DNA of 64,000 nt from Hormiphora californensis (Eukaryota; Animalia; Ctenophora): positions 7,316,001 through 7,380,000 of the forward strand of contig CM035352.1 in assembly GCA_020137815.1 (NCBI GenBank), written 5' to 3'. Position numbers and translations under genes: made by a program. A model generated the notes under the pieces. It did no database searches. It had not been told where the DNA came from and saw only the letters and a list, made by a program, of their open reading frames with translations. Positions 25,746 through 37,493 of the stretch are shown here, in pieces; the stretch's first letter is position 1, and the number at the start of each line of letters is the position of its first letter.

Positions 25746-25916
25746 GTTCTCCAGATAGAGAGAGAGAGATTCATCAATGCATTTTATATAGAACCCGTTA
25801 TTCACAAAGCTCTTAGCTCTCCCCTTCGCTTTAGATCAGCCGAGCCTTTATAAATCTATTGTAGCATCTCTTTCCTGACTGTCTGTTCCGTTTTCGCTCG
25901 CATTAACTTTTCCAGC

Positions 25917-27019
25917 ATGGATGCTACTACTACAATGGATTATTTGAATTGGGTCCGGACTAACTATGCCTCCAATGCACCCCCTGATGACCCGCTGAGA
26001 ATCAAAATCGGAGAGATAGTGCTAACAATCCTATCTCTTTCACATGTATCGTGGGTCTACCCACTGCCACTCTTCAGGGTTACTTCCTGATTCGTGTTGC
26101 TAAGGAGCGGACTCTCAGCTTCTGTATTTACCGTGCAATATGGCTCACGGACTTCTTGATCATCTTGTGGAACATCCCTGTCGCAACAATTTACGCGAGG
26201 GGCCGACAAACATAAACCCGGCCTTTTTCTAAGGATGGTCTAGGTTGTACCCGTGGCAATGATGGAGATCGCTAGTCGGATCTTATTTAACATTGCGTCT
26301 TAGTATCACCCGCACCTACTCCCTGGTTCGACCATTCTCCCAACCACCCAGAGTTCGAGTTGTCATGGCAACCATTGTGGTGTACAGTGTGCTGGTCCTA
26401 GTGCAGTCCACCATCCCTCTCTGGTTCGGGGCCACATATTGGTACGACTGGCAGATTGCAGAATGTGTGGAGTCCTTTCTAACAGCACCACTTTAAACAA
26501 GTCTTATGAGTTTACTTGAGCGCAACCGTAGTTATCCATATTGTTCCATGTGGTGGTGAGGGAGTTGGGGGTACCATGCAACCTTGTGGTCCAATAGAGC
26601 GGCATCAACCTCCAGTGATTCGATTCGAATCAAGCACACCACCATCCTAGTTCTAACTGGGATTTACATATTCTTTAACGCACCTGGGGTTCTCTACACG
26701 GTTGTGGAATTAGTCAACAGCTACGCATTACCACGCAATTCCATGATTTTGGAACCATTTTTTGATATTTTTGATGGTCCAACGGATGGTTGGTTCTGGT
26801 ACCTCCATCTGGCAAACTACAGCTTTAACCATAGCGTGGTGTTAAAATCCTGGCTAACATTTATGTGGAGCGTAGGTATCGTTCCTAATGAAGCTCTGGA
26901 TTGTTAGTTTCGGTAGAATGCCGCCGACCCCCTCTGAGCGCACCGCCAGACAGGAAGATACGATAGTGCGATCCCAGGCCACAGCGGCCCCCACAGCCCG
27001 ACCTGCAAGCAGCGAATAA
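25917..27019 (+). pseudogene. Intronless rhodopsin-class GPCR with several frameshifts (pseudogene or assembly errors)
   Basis: Stitched frames give 7TM-like segments: IVLTILSLFTCIVGLP, IWLTDFLIILWNIP, LSITRTYSLVRPF, TTILVLTGIYIFFNAP, YSFNHSVVLKS. ttttccag acceptor just before the ATG. Confidence 0.75.
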
Positions 27020-27721
27020 CAGGGGGCATCCGGGCATCCAAGTATAGAAGTTTCATTGTCTCCCAGCTCGTAGGAAGGGGAAGTAGCAGCTAGATTGTAG
27101 TACTTATGGGATAGCTCCCGGAGTACAGAACTGATATGAACTGGGCGCGTCACATTATGGACCAAGTATGGACCAAGTATTGAAGCAAACACTTCAATGT
27201 CACAATGACACAATAGGGCCCTTCCAGCTCGTGAGTAGCAGCCCAACAACATGTCCTATCTACGCTGTGTAAAGACGCCCTATCTTACGCTGTGTAAAGA
27301 CGTCCTATAAGACACTCCGGTTAACAATTGTCGGAACAATTGTCGGAACAATTATTGAGTTGTTCAGCATTAGATGATGCTGTTACTTGTGAAATAATTT
27401 TAATCGGATACTTTTTTTTCTCATTGTTAGTAAAAAGAGTATGGCGTGACATTTACAACACGAGAAATCGGGCAAAAGTTCGGATCTTCATCTCGTCATG
27501 GATCACAAGATCGAAAACATTGCTTTGTTACCAACAATTTTTATATTTGTTTTTATTGTAATAAAATAGGTTGGACGTGCATTACACCTAGCTGAGAAGC
27601 ATTCGCCAAAAGGGGGCCGTTGCCGGTTGCTCTCTCTTTCTCATTCTCTCCCTCTAAGTCTGATAGTCAGAGTTTTTATTATTCTGTCTGGGCTGAAACG
27701 AATGAACCAGACGGGTATAAT

Positions 27722-27762
27722 GTCGCAACAAAGTTTCGAGGATCTACCTCTTCATCGGGCTT
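27722..27762 (-). ncRNA. Minimal hammerhead ribozyme motif of the Penelope pLTR (variant core)
   Basis: The minus strand reads gc-CCGATGA-a-gagg-tagat-cctc-GAAAC-ttt-GTT: a CUGAUGA core with U4>C, a 4-bp stem II and the GAAA box. Confidence 0.6.
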
Positions 27763-28037
27763 ACAAAAAAAAACTAGTGTTAATTTAAAATATATAGTAA
27801 ATCACACAGTCAATAAACATAAATTAAATCAGCACTTAATAATAAACTAAACACTGTCCAGAGGAGCAAAGTCTCATAGAGCAGTGAAACTTAAGTGTGA
27901 GTTCCGTATAATACAGCAGGTGAGATAAGGAATAAACCAAATAGGGCGTGCATGAGGTGATACACAAGGACTATCCCAAATTAATACAAACTACTACGCA
28001 CACAAACACACGAAGCCACTAACAACAACAAACACCA

Positions 28038-28119
28038 CCATCCTACAGAGGAGCAACCTTGCCGTCGGTTTGGGTGGGCTTCTACTCCCCCCCCTTCGGG
28101 GGCTCAACGAATGGCCCTC
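28038..28119 (+). ncRNA. HDV-like ribozyme candidate at the LINE 5' end (degenerate)
   Basis: Order fits the HDV fold: P2 gaggagc, P3/L3 aac-cttgcc-gtc, P1' ggtttgg, P4 ccccc-ttcg-ggggg, J4/2 aCGAAt, P2' ggccctc. Mismatches in P1, P2 and P3. Confidence 0.55.
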
Positions 28120-28235
28120 ATCAAGTGGAAACTGCCCCGGGCAGTCCCGAAACCTCAACAAAACCCCAGAGACAGAATACAAGGACAGCGACGACGTATT
28201 ATTTTTTTCTCGACCGCAAGTAGGCTGGCCTAGTT

Positions 28236-28283
28236 TGGTCTCCTCTGCGCGGCGGGCGGGATATTGAAACGAACCCAGGACCT
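28236..28283 (+). other. 2A (StopGo) peptide DIETNPGP at the LINE ORF N-terminus
   Basis: gat att gaa acg aac cca gga cct (28260-28283) matches D(V/I)ExNPGP; small indels upstream. Confidence 0.85.
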
Positions 28284-31200
28284 AATGCACTCTTGCTCTC
28301 CGTACAACAGAAGCCAATGCCACCCCCCTACCAGGCTCCACAACGGCTGCAGAGACTTGCCACAAATTATAACCTGTAGTGGAATGTAGAATACAATCTG
28401 AAACCGGTATGGAAATGTAACAACCAGGAGGGGTCACCATTCCACCCAGTCTGACTGACACAAGGGATTCCAGCCATTGAGGTGGAACAGAGAAAACTGC
28501 TGACCATGCAAAAAACGATTCAAGTTGGCATAGTCCCCCATAAACTGCAGTGTACAGAGTTGCCACAGCTGGCACAAAAACAGGAAAAAAGATGTGGATA
28601 TATGGGATTGGTACCCGCGGACAAAATCCAAATGCTCTGCGCTACACATAGTCCAACATCAAGCAGTTTCCTCCATCATTCCCAAGAGGTGCAAGGGTAC
28701 CAACCCGAGCGCATAGTACCCCAGAGAGTCCCCAACCCCACGAATTCACCCACCCCCATCGAGTTTCTATTCCCCCTGTCCACCACCCTCCAGTCGAGCT
28801 CATCGGATAGTGCAGTGCCAGTGGCATTATAGCCCACCCAGCACATTCAGTTCCCCCCATCCTCAGCATCCCCCAGGACCAACCAGCTCATCCTTCCCCT
28901 TCAGATCTCACCACAGCCACATTATTTTAACCAAATTTCAGTTCCAAGCCCTAGTCCCAAGCCCAAAGCTCATTACTGAACCCGGACGAAACCAGATGTG
29001 GCCAATGCAAAGGAGAACAATCAAGGTCACACACTATACACCAATTGAATGCAACACATGCACACGCCCTTTCAATAAGTGTTGCACGAAACAACCGCTC
29101 ATTCCAGAGAAGTCCTGAAGGACAATGACGGGACTGACAAAGAGTTCGAGCCAGGCCCCACCATCACAACCGAACGATCCATAGATGAGCAGCAATCTGA
29201 TTGCTGTAAGCTGTGCACCGGAAAGGCGCAACTGGACCACCATTAATCGCTTCTCTATCAGACCATCAGACCAGACAAACCCGATCGGTTACTCGCCCTC
29301 CCCCCCAATCATCAGGAGCGGGAGAGATTCCATGGAGACGACGCAGGCTCCTATTAGCAGTAGACTGTGCTAGCCGGCAGGCGAACTGGAAAGCCTTCTT
29401 ATCGAAGCACTGCGGCTGTGCAGAGCGGAAAGCGTCAACTCAGAAAGATAAGACAGGAATCCTGCCACTCGCAAGGATACTCGCCCCCCGGACACAAACA
29501 CCGTGGGTGGATGGAGTGGATGGGAGGCTAGTGAACGCACACCTGAGAACCGAATCTCACACACCTCACCCTTGCCAAGCCACCCTGCCGGGGGCAAAAC
29601 GGACGGGGTATCAGTGCCAGGATCCTCCCTAATTCCCCTTTAGAACCCTGCACTCCTCGCCAAAGTATACTCCTTCGCCCCCACTAACATACTCGTTGGG
29701 CCCCCCTCCTCCCCCCCCCACACACTTCCTATGCAAACAACCCATCCTCCCTTCCTACCCACCGACGAAATACTCCATAATTGCAGGCGACCCTAAACGC
29801 ACCCACTCACCCTCTGGGACCGATCCCCCAGCAGAGGACCAACGGGGTGGAGCCATTGAAGACCTGATCGTAGAGAGAGGGATTGACACTGCTTAACGAC
29901 GGGAGACCAACAAGGGTGAACCTGCTTACCGGCACTGAGAGCTCCCCCGAGTAACACTGTGGGGAAGAATGGGCTGATAGAGCAGACATGGCATCCGCCA
30001 AGACTTGGATCTGATCACTTCCCATCATATTCAACATCAGATCCAAACTCGCCTACACAACAGATCAGTCGACCCCTCCCAAGTGGAGAGCAAATGTTTG
30101 ACCTTTCCAGCTTCACAGCCGAGCTAGAGAACGACTTCCTGGACTTGGAGGAGGAACCAAACATCCATAGAAGGGTGAGAAGATTCCAGGAAAAAAGTGA
30201 TCAAAGTCGCGGAAAAAGCATGTTAGGGAAAACAGTACCAGGAAAGAGGCGTAAGGGTACGATGAACCCCAGAGTAAGAGATGCCGTGACAAAAAGGAAC
30301 ACCCTTAGGAGAGAACGTGAAAGACCACAGAGAAGAATGGATTGAGGCATGCCCACAACGCCGCCAACCTGATGGACGAAGCAAAACTGGACCGGTGGGA
30401 GGAAACTCTTGCTGGAGCAGAGATGCAGGATCCCCAGCTATGGAGGCTCGTGCGCTCCCTCAATGGATGCCCTGACACCAAAAACAACAACGAAGCCCGC
30501 TCCACAACGGCCGACTCATCACAAACAATAAGAGGAAGGCCGACAATATTGCTTCCATACGCCCGTGTTAGTTCCCTGAACATAACAGGACCAGAACGTA
30601 GAGACCACCCTGAAGCTCAACCGGATCCTCGAGGAAGAACCAACTGGAGAAAGACGAAAAGTAGAAGCTCCAGCAGCTCCCCCTTTACAATGAAGGAGCT
30701 AAAGACAGCTATAAAGAAAAGCAAGAAGAAGAAGGGCGCACCGGGCCCAGATGACATAAACCTGCTTTCATCAAAGCCTGGGGAGCAACGCCCTGGAAGA
30801 ACTCCTTGCCATCTTTAACCAGTCCCTGCACTCCAACAATCTGCCCCAGATTTGGAGGACTGCTCGATCATCCCCCTGTTGAAGGCTGGCAAGCCAGCCA
30901 AGGTCCTATCGTCATACAGGCCTAATCATGTGTGGTGAGTGAAAACAGCAGAGAGAATGATAGCGGACAGAATCTACCACCTCGCAGAGACTGGAGGCTG
31001 GTTCCATCGCCTCCAGGCGGGTTCCGGAGAGGACGATGCTGTGAAGACCAGATACTCCGGCTGGGCAATCTATAGATGATGGTCCAATCCAAACCTCCAA
31101 CAGAACAGTAATGCACTACTAGACCTATCCAAGGCTTATGACAAGGTCTGGAGGGATAAGCTCTCCTGAACCATGTACAAAACAAGGGAGTACCCAAACC

Positions 31201-32233
31201 CCTTATTCGCTGGCTCGATGCTTCCTGAAACAATAGACTTGCCAGAGTTAACTACAATAACTCCCACAGCTCCATACGAATCTCAGGCAAGGACTACCAC
31301 AAGGGTCAGTGTTGGCCCCACTGCTATTTCTGTTTTATTCAACACCTGCAGAGAGACTCCGGAGGACAGCGTCAACTACTATTTGCTGACGATGTCACAG
31401 TCACCGGTTATCGGCTCCACACTCGAGAAGGCCGCCCGCAGCTGCCAGAGGGCGGTTGACATAGTAGTGGAGTGGTGCAGGGAATATAAGTGATACTGAG
31501 TGACAGAGCGTCAGCACCTTCTTTACAACATCGAGTAACGAAGCCCACTGGAGACCTCTCTGCAACGGGGGAGATCAATCTTCTTATGACCCGACACCGG
31601 ACTTTTGGGAGTTAATCTGGATAGACAGCTCACCTTTGGTCCTCACGTCAAGTCACTGAAGGAGAAGATCACTCCCAGTGGTCGAATCCTAGCAGCCCTC
31701 AGTAACACCACCTGGGGATGGAAGAAGAACAGTCTGCTAAAGGTGTACAATACGCACATCCGAAGTGTACTGGACTACTCCGCTAGCGCCTGGCAGCCGT
31801 GGATTTCTGATCACAACGAAAAACCTGAAACCCTACAGAACAAAGCTTTACGTTAATCACAGGCCGTACAGATCCACCCCCCTGAAGCTTTAAGACTAGA
31901 AGCAGGAGTGCAAAGCTACACAACACAATCCAAGAGGCTCTGCTACGGCCAGCGAAAAGGCCCTCAGATCTCACAGGATCACCGCGCCGGCTAGCGGTTG
32001 AGGGACGGTAGCACACAGGCTAGTACGGCCTAGCTTCCGGACGATCTGAACCCAATCCCACCTCCCAGCCACATTCGAGAATAGAGAGGAGCTCTCTACT
32101 CCACACCCCCTCCCTGGATGGAGGGAACACACTGACCATCCACAAACACTACCGGGCGGAGTGACAAAAAATACCCTTCCCGCGGATGACCTGAGAACCC
32201 TCACACTGTCGACCATCGGTGAACACAAGGCAG

Positions 32234-33573
32234 CACGGCGTGCCTGGTGAAATTTTAACACGACCTAGCATGCAACGGGAAACCACCACTTGTACGTGGT
32301 AGCTGAGGGTCTACAGAATGGCGCTACGGTGCGGGAAAAAAAAGTCCATGCCCTAAAATCGTTTTTTTACTTTTATTTGATTTGGGTCAAAATTGGCTAT
32401 ATTAAACGTGGTCCCGAAAAATCCATAATGACTTAGCACACGAAATATGTCACCCCTACTTATTTTTGCACGTAGAATCGATTGCCGTTGAAGTCGAATC
32501 TCTAAAATGACTGTAAAATGGTCAAAAGTTGATTTTTTACCATTTTTTGGAGGTTTTTGGCCCCTAAACCATTGAAAACGTTGAGATAGGGATTTGAAAC
32601 TAGTGCCAATCGTTAAAATGGTCATTTTTCTACCAAGAACCAAGTTTTCGTGTATATCCGATTTATGGTTAGATTTGGGCAAATTGTTGAAATCTGCCAA
32701 GTAGGAGAACCGTAACTTGATTTTCTTGTTTTTTGAATTTTGGCATTTTTGACAAACTTCTGATTGAAATGGTCAATCGGGACCATGCTTAAGTTGTTTA
32801 TGGGACAATTTTCGACTAAATCCAAGATTTCATACCAATCCAATAACAGATCGTTGATTTATAGAAAATTTAAGTAGGCAAAACGGTGAAAATAAGCAAG
32901 AAAAGTTGTCATTTTCACCGTTTTGCCTACTTAAATTTTCTATAAATCAACGATCTGTTATTGGATTGGTATGAAATCTTGGATTTTAGTCGAAAATTGT
33001 CCCATAAACAACTTAAGCATGGTCCCGATTGACCATTTCAATCAGAAGTTTGTCAAAAATGCCAAAATTCAAAAAACAAGAAAATCAAGTTACGGTTCTC
33101 CTACTTGGCAGATTTCAACAATTTGCCCAAATCTAACCATAAATCGGATATACACGAAAACTTGGTTCTTGGTAGAAAAATGACCATTTTAACGATTGGC
33201 ACTAGTTTCAAATCCCTATCTCAACGTTTTCAATGGTTTAGGGGCCAAAAACCTCCAAAAAATGGTAAAAAATCAACTTTTGACCATTTTACAGTCATTT
33301 TAGAGATTCGACTTCAACGGCAATCGATTCTACGTGCAAAAATAAGTAGGGGTGACATATTTCGTGTGCTAAGTCATTATGGATTTTTCGGGACCACGTT
33401 TAATATAGCCAATTTTGACCCAAATCAAATAAAAGTAAAAAAAACGATTTTAGGGCATGGACTTTTTTTTTCCCGCACCGTAGCGCCATTCTGTAGACCC
33501 TCAGCTACCACGTACAAGTGGTGGTTTCCCGTTGCATGCTAGGTCGTGTTAAAATTTCACCAGGCACGCCGTG
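32234..33573. mobile_element. Chapaev/CMC-like palindromic element (~660-bp arms, 17-nt spacer)
   Basis: CACGG...CCGTG ends with 4-bp TSD gcag. Removing it restores the RNase H frame EHKA-EVTIYTDGS. Confidence 0.9.
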
Positions 33574-34443
33574 GCAGAGGTAACGATATACACAGATGGA
33601 TCGGCAGAGGAGGGTACTTCCAACGGAGGCAGTGGTATGGTGGCAACCACTGGACCCCCAGAAAACCCCACCGTCATTGACACCATCAAGACTAGAGGAC
33701 GACCGCACACCTCATCATTTGAGGAGGAGCTAGAAGCTATGAGGACAGCGTCCTCTTGGCTCCACTCCCACCCCCAGTATTGGAGAGTGCTGATCTGTAC
33801 CGATAGCAAATCACTATGCGATAGCATGACAAGTACAAACCCAACATCGACAATTGCCGGATTACTACACAGTATGGGTGGATGCAAAGCAGACATTACC
33901 ATTCAGTGGATCCCCAGCCATGTGGATGTTCCCGGTAACGAACTAGCTGATAAGGCAGCCAAGGACGCAACCACCCTGGAAACGGAGAATCAGGGTGAGA
34001 GGCCAGTATCCTTCGCAGCCGTGAAGGCCCACATACGGCGGGTGATAAAGGACGAGCCGGTACAACACCAGCGGACTGCAGAGACCTACAAAAACTATAA
34101 TAAAGACACGGACAAAGACATAACGACGAGAAAGGACCAGGTACTCATAGCTCGTCTCCGATCGGGCCACCACAATGGTTTCCGAGCCTACCAACACCGG
34201 ATAGATGAGGCCGTGAGCCCGGAATGTCCATACTGTCCAGGACAACAACAGGACCTGCAACATTGGATGCAGGACTGCTCCCGAACCTCTGGCGAGAGAA
34301 TGAGGTTATTCGGGACGACTCGGACGACACTCGACCTACTTACGTCCGACCCGGGGAGATCAGTGGAGCTGGCGAGGAGGACGTTAGGCCCTCCTCGGCT
34401 CTAATCTCCCTAGAACTACTACTACAACAACAGTAATTAGATA

Positions 34444-35097
34444 TTAAATTAAATATCTCGTAAGTTCGGAACATTCCTCTTTATTGTTCATACCAGGTCT
34501 CAGTTTCTGTATATACATGGCCTCTAAAATTTTCCTCTTTAAAATGTTTCTCTCGGTGGTTAATATCTTAAAACTGAGTTTAGGGGGTGTGTTTTTATGA
34601 CGTGATGTGTAATGAATGGCTAGAGGGGTATCAATGTAACTCGGCGCATTAGGATTGTTAGCATTACGGGAATGTTCTGACAATCTGTCGTGCACCGACC
34701 TGCAAGACTCTCCCACATAGATTTCACCACACAATAAACATGTTATCTGGTACACTGGTGACATAGTGTTACACGAGCCCTTCTCGAGTCTTTCACAAAT
34801 ATTAAAATTTCTCGCAAGACACTCTAGATTGTCGTGAGGTCGTGAGCTACATAGCATGTCTCTCAAGCGGGTGCCTGGGGTGAAGACTAGATCGATTGGC
34901 AGAGCTCTGGCGGTGATAAACTTACGTATTTCACCACTCACAGTTTCAGAAACATACGGTAATTTCAACATCACATTGTTACTACCCTTTGTCAACCTAC
35001 CCCGGGTTCTCTGTTCTCCAAATTGTCTAGGGTGTTCATACCCATTAGCTAAAAGAAGTCTGTCAGTAATGGCTAAGGACTGTTCCAATAATTCCAA
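34444..35097 (-). CDS. Penelope RT C-terminus + GIY-YIG endonuclease (partial)
   Basis: 217-aa ORF with canonical PLE GIY-YIG motifs. Confidence 0.9.
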   Translation of the reverse strand: MELLEQSLAITDRLLLANGYEHPRQFGEQRTRGRLTKGSNNVMLKLPYVSETVSGEIRKFITARALPIDLVFTPGTRLRDMLCSSRPHDNLECLARNFNICERLEKGSCNTMSPVYQITCLLCGEIYVGESCRSVHDRLSEHSRNANNPNAPSYIDTPLAIHYTSRHKNTPPKLSFKILTTERNILKRKILEAMYIQKLRPGMNNKEECSELTRYLI

Positions 35098-35101
35098 TCT
35101 C

Positions 35102-35145
<44 letters not shown>

Positions 35146-35666
35146 CCCTCTCTCTCTCTCTCCTCCTCTCCCCTCTCTCCTCCTGTCTCTCGTTTTCTCT
35201 CCTTTTCTCTCCGGACAAAGACCCCCATTTTAAAAGGGGTTTTGGGGAAAAAAGGGGGAAAAGGGACTGGGGGGAAAAATCAAAGGTGTAAAAAAAAAGG
35301 GGGCCCCAAAAAAAAGGGGGGGGAAAGGGAGGGGGGGAAATGTAAAAAAAAGGGGTTTTTTAAACCGGGCCCCCCCCCAAAAAGGGGAAAAACCCCCAAA
35401 AGGGGAAAAAAGGGTTTTTTTTAAAAAAAAAAAAATTTTAAAGGGGGGGGTTTTTCCCCCCCATTTGGGGCCCCCGGGAAAAGGGTTATTTTAAAAACCC
35501 CTTTTATTTTTCACCCCTTTAAATTTTTGGGGGGGAATGAAAAAAAAGGGAAAAAAAGGGGCGGGAAAAACGGGGGGGGAAAAAAGAGGGGGGGAAAAAG
35601 GGGAAAAAAAAAAGGGGGGAGAAAGGGGGGAAAAAAAGGGGGGGGAAAAAAGTATTTTTAGGGTTT

Positions 35667-35703
<37 letters not shown>

Positions 35704-36558
35704 TTTGGGTTTTTGGGGAAAAAAGGGGTTTTTCCACGCTTAAACCCCCTTACCAAAGACGTAAGGGGGAACCCCGGAGCGATTGAGAAAAACCCAACAC
35801 GCACCCCTGAATCTCTGACGTCTCCTTTCTGGTAAGATAAAGGGATCCATCAAAGTGCTGATGGTGTGCTATGTGAAATTGATCCAGGGGGGAGTGGATA
35901 GTGGTGATTTTTCCACGTTCTGTAGCATAAGACTATGGAGTGGTGGCAGTAAACAGTTAAAAGTTGATCCCAATCCAATTATTTAACACATGGACATGTG
36001 ATATGACGCCGGTTCCTACACATGGTGCAATGAGTAAAATGGTTTTACGGTACTGCCTCACGCGGCTCCCCATCTCTTACAGTAGTTTTAAATTCTACCA
36101 CCATGACTGTATTATATTAACAAGTGTTAGGACCAGATTATATTAACCCATTTTTGGTTGCACAGTCTAAAATCAGGATTAAGATGTGTTTCTGGCCCTT
36201 TCCCTTCTGATTCAATTGTGGACAAATGAGTATTAAAAGGAGAGAAATTAAAAATGTAGGCCGGTCTAAAATTCTGTATTAATAGGTAATACGCCCATTT
36301 CACGTGATATTGAATCACCATTCATCACGTGCTGTAACAGATATTTAACGAGAGGGGTAGTAAGAGGAAAATGAGAGCGTGAGGGAAAACAAGAGAGTGG
36401 GCGGGGCCGAAACAAAGAGCTAAAAGAACGAGAGGTGAAGCGGTCGAAGAGAAGAACCCAACGAGGAGAGAAGAGAGAGAGGAGGAGACAGAGAGAGCGT
36501 AAGAGAGCGCGAGAGACCAAAGAAAGCTGACCTCCTCACCCCCCCTCCATCTCACTCC

Positions 36559-36635
<77 letters not shown>

Positions 36636-36906
36636 GTAGCATGTTACAGTCAATTGAGCTTCAGACAACGCACCGCACACTTGTTTAGAAGTCCCTTTTC
36701 ATCTTCACACAGCTGCAGTTTTCTTTGTGAGATAGTTGTACATTTTTCGGTAAGACATTGAGCTCTTAGCTCCGCTTTGTATGCTAAAAAGTCTTTGTAA
36801 CCGATTTCTCTCTCCCTATCTCTCTATCTATATCTCTCTCTCCCTCTATATCTCTCTCTAATTTCTCTCTCTCTGTGTTCCAGGGAGGTCCAGATCGAGT
36901 GACGTA

Positions 36907-37421
36907 ATGGCTGCGATGCAAAGAAAGTTTGCCGCCTTGGCCCTCAAAGCGATGGTAGGTTTTATAAGAATTATTAACATATTATTATCAGTGTTAATAT
37001 GCAGTGTTCTACGGATAATACACTGAGTGTACCTATAACAGTCGTGGAAGTTTTAACATAACTTGTAAAAATGCGGTGCAGAATAGCATTACTTTTCATG
37101 CGAAGCTATGAGAGTTTTAGCTTGTTGTCGTGTGCGTATAACTCTTGTGGAGGTTTTAGATATATCAGTCGATACATCCCCTAGTTTAGTATAGTAATTT
37201 GGACCCGTAAATTGCTCTCATTTTTAGTTCTTTATTACTATTACTCTCTTTGTCCGTTCGTTTTCTTCCTGTCAGAGCATTGGCCTGACCCTATTCGGAG
37301 CGGGAACTGTGGTCATAGCATTGGCCTGAAAGTTTTCTTCCATTCTCTCTCATCGCATCGTCTTTTTGAAATCTTAAAATGTTTTAGGCACGAGTCACGA
37401 TCTTCCAATCATCTCTCTATC

Positions 37422-37493
<72 letters not shown>

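Larger units (their letters stand above)
28038..34431 (+). mobile_element. Near full-length Ingi/I-group non-LTR retrotransposon (2A, Cys/His fingers, APE, RT, RNase H, CCHC), frameshifted
   Basis: APE IIAGD..H, GSDHFP. RT APGPDDI, LDLSKAYD, GLPQGSVLAP, LFADD. RNase H IYTDGS/TDSKS/WIPSH..GNE.AD (33571-34404). RLRSGH..CPYC..H..C. Ends in a (CTA)(CAA) repeat. Confidence 0.92.
27662..35098 (-). mobile_element. 5'-truncated Penelope-like element (27662-~27996 plus ~34432-35098), split by the Ingi-like LINE
   Basis: ORF 34444-35097 has the RT thumb LPYV and GIY-YIG VYQITC..C..IYVGES..R..EH...LE..YI.....MN. 10-bp TSD ctctaagtct (27652-27661 / 35099-35108). Hammerhead motif in the 3' region. Confidence 0.9.

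Noticed and set aside
27855-27895. Plus-strand hammerhead-like ccagaggag..gtgaaac
   Set aside because: Core and stem II are too mismatched; the minus-strand motif at 27722-27762 fits the Penelope orientation.
32353-33542. Mirror-image ORFs (115/145 aa and 73/70 aa)
   Set aside because: By-products of the palindrome; non-ATG or short, with no transposase motifs.
35215-35740. Stretch made almost entirely of homopolymer runs (possible G-quadruplex array or K/G-rich ORF)
   Set aside because: Directly follows a long (CT)n tract and has the look of low-quality base-calling; treated as an assembly artefact.
35750-36320. Possible gene fragment
   Set aside because: No consistent exon chain or recognisable motif on either strand.
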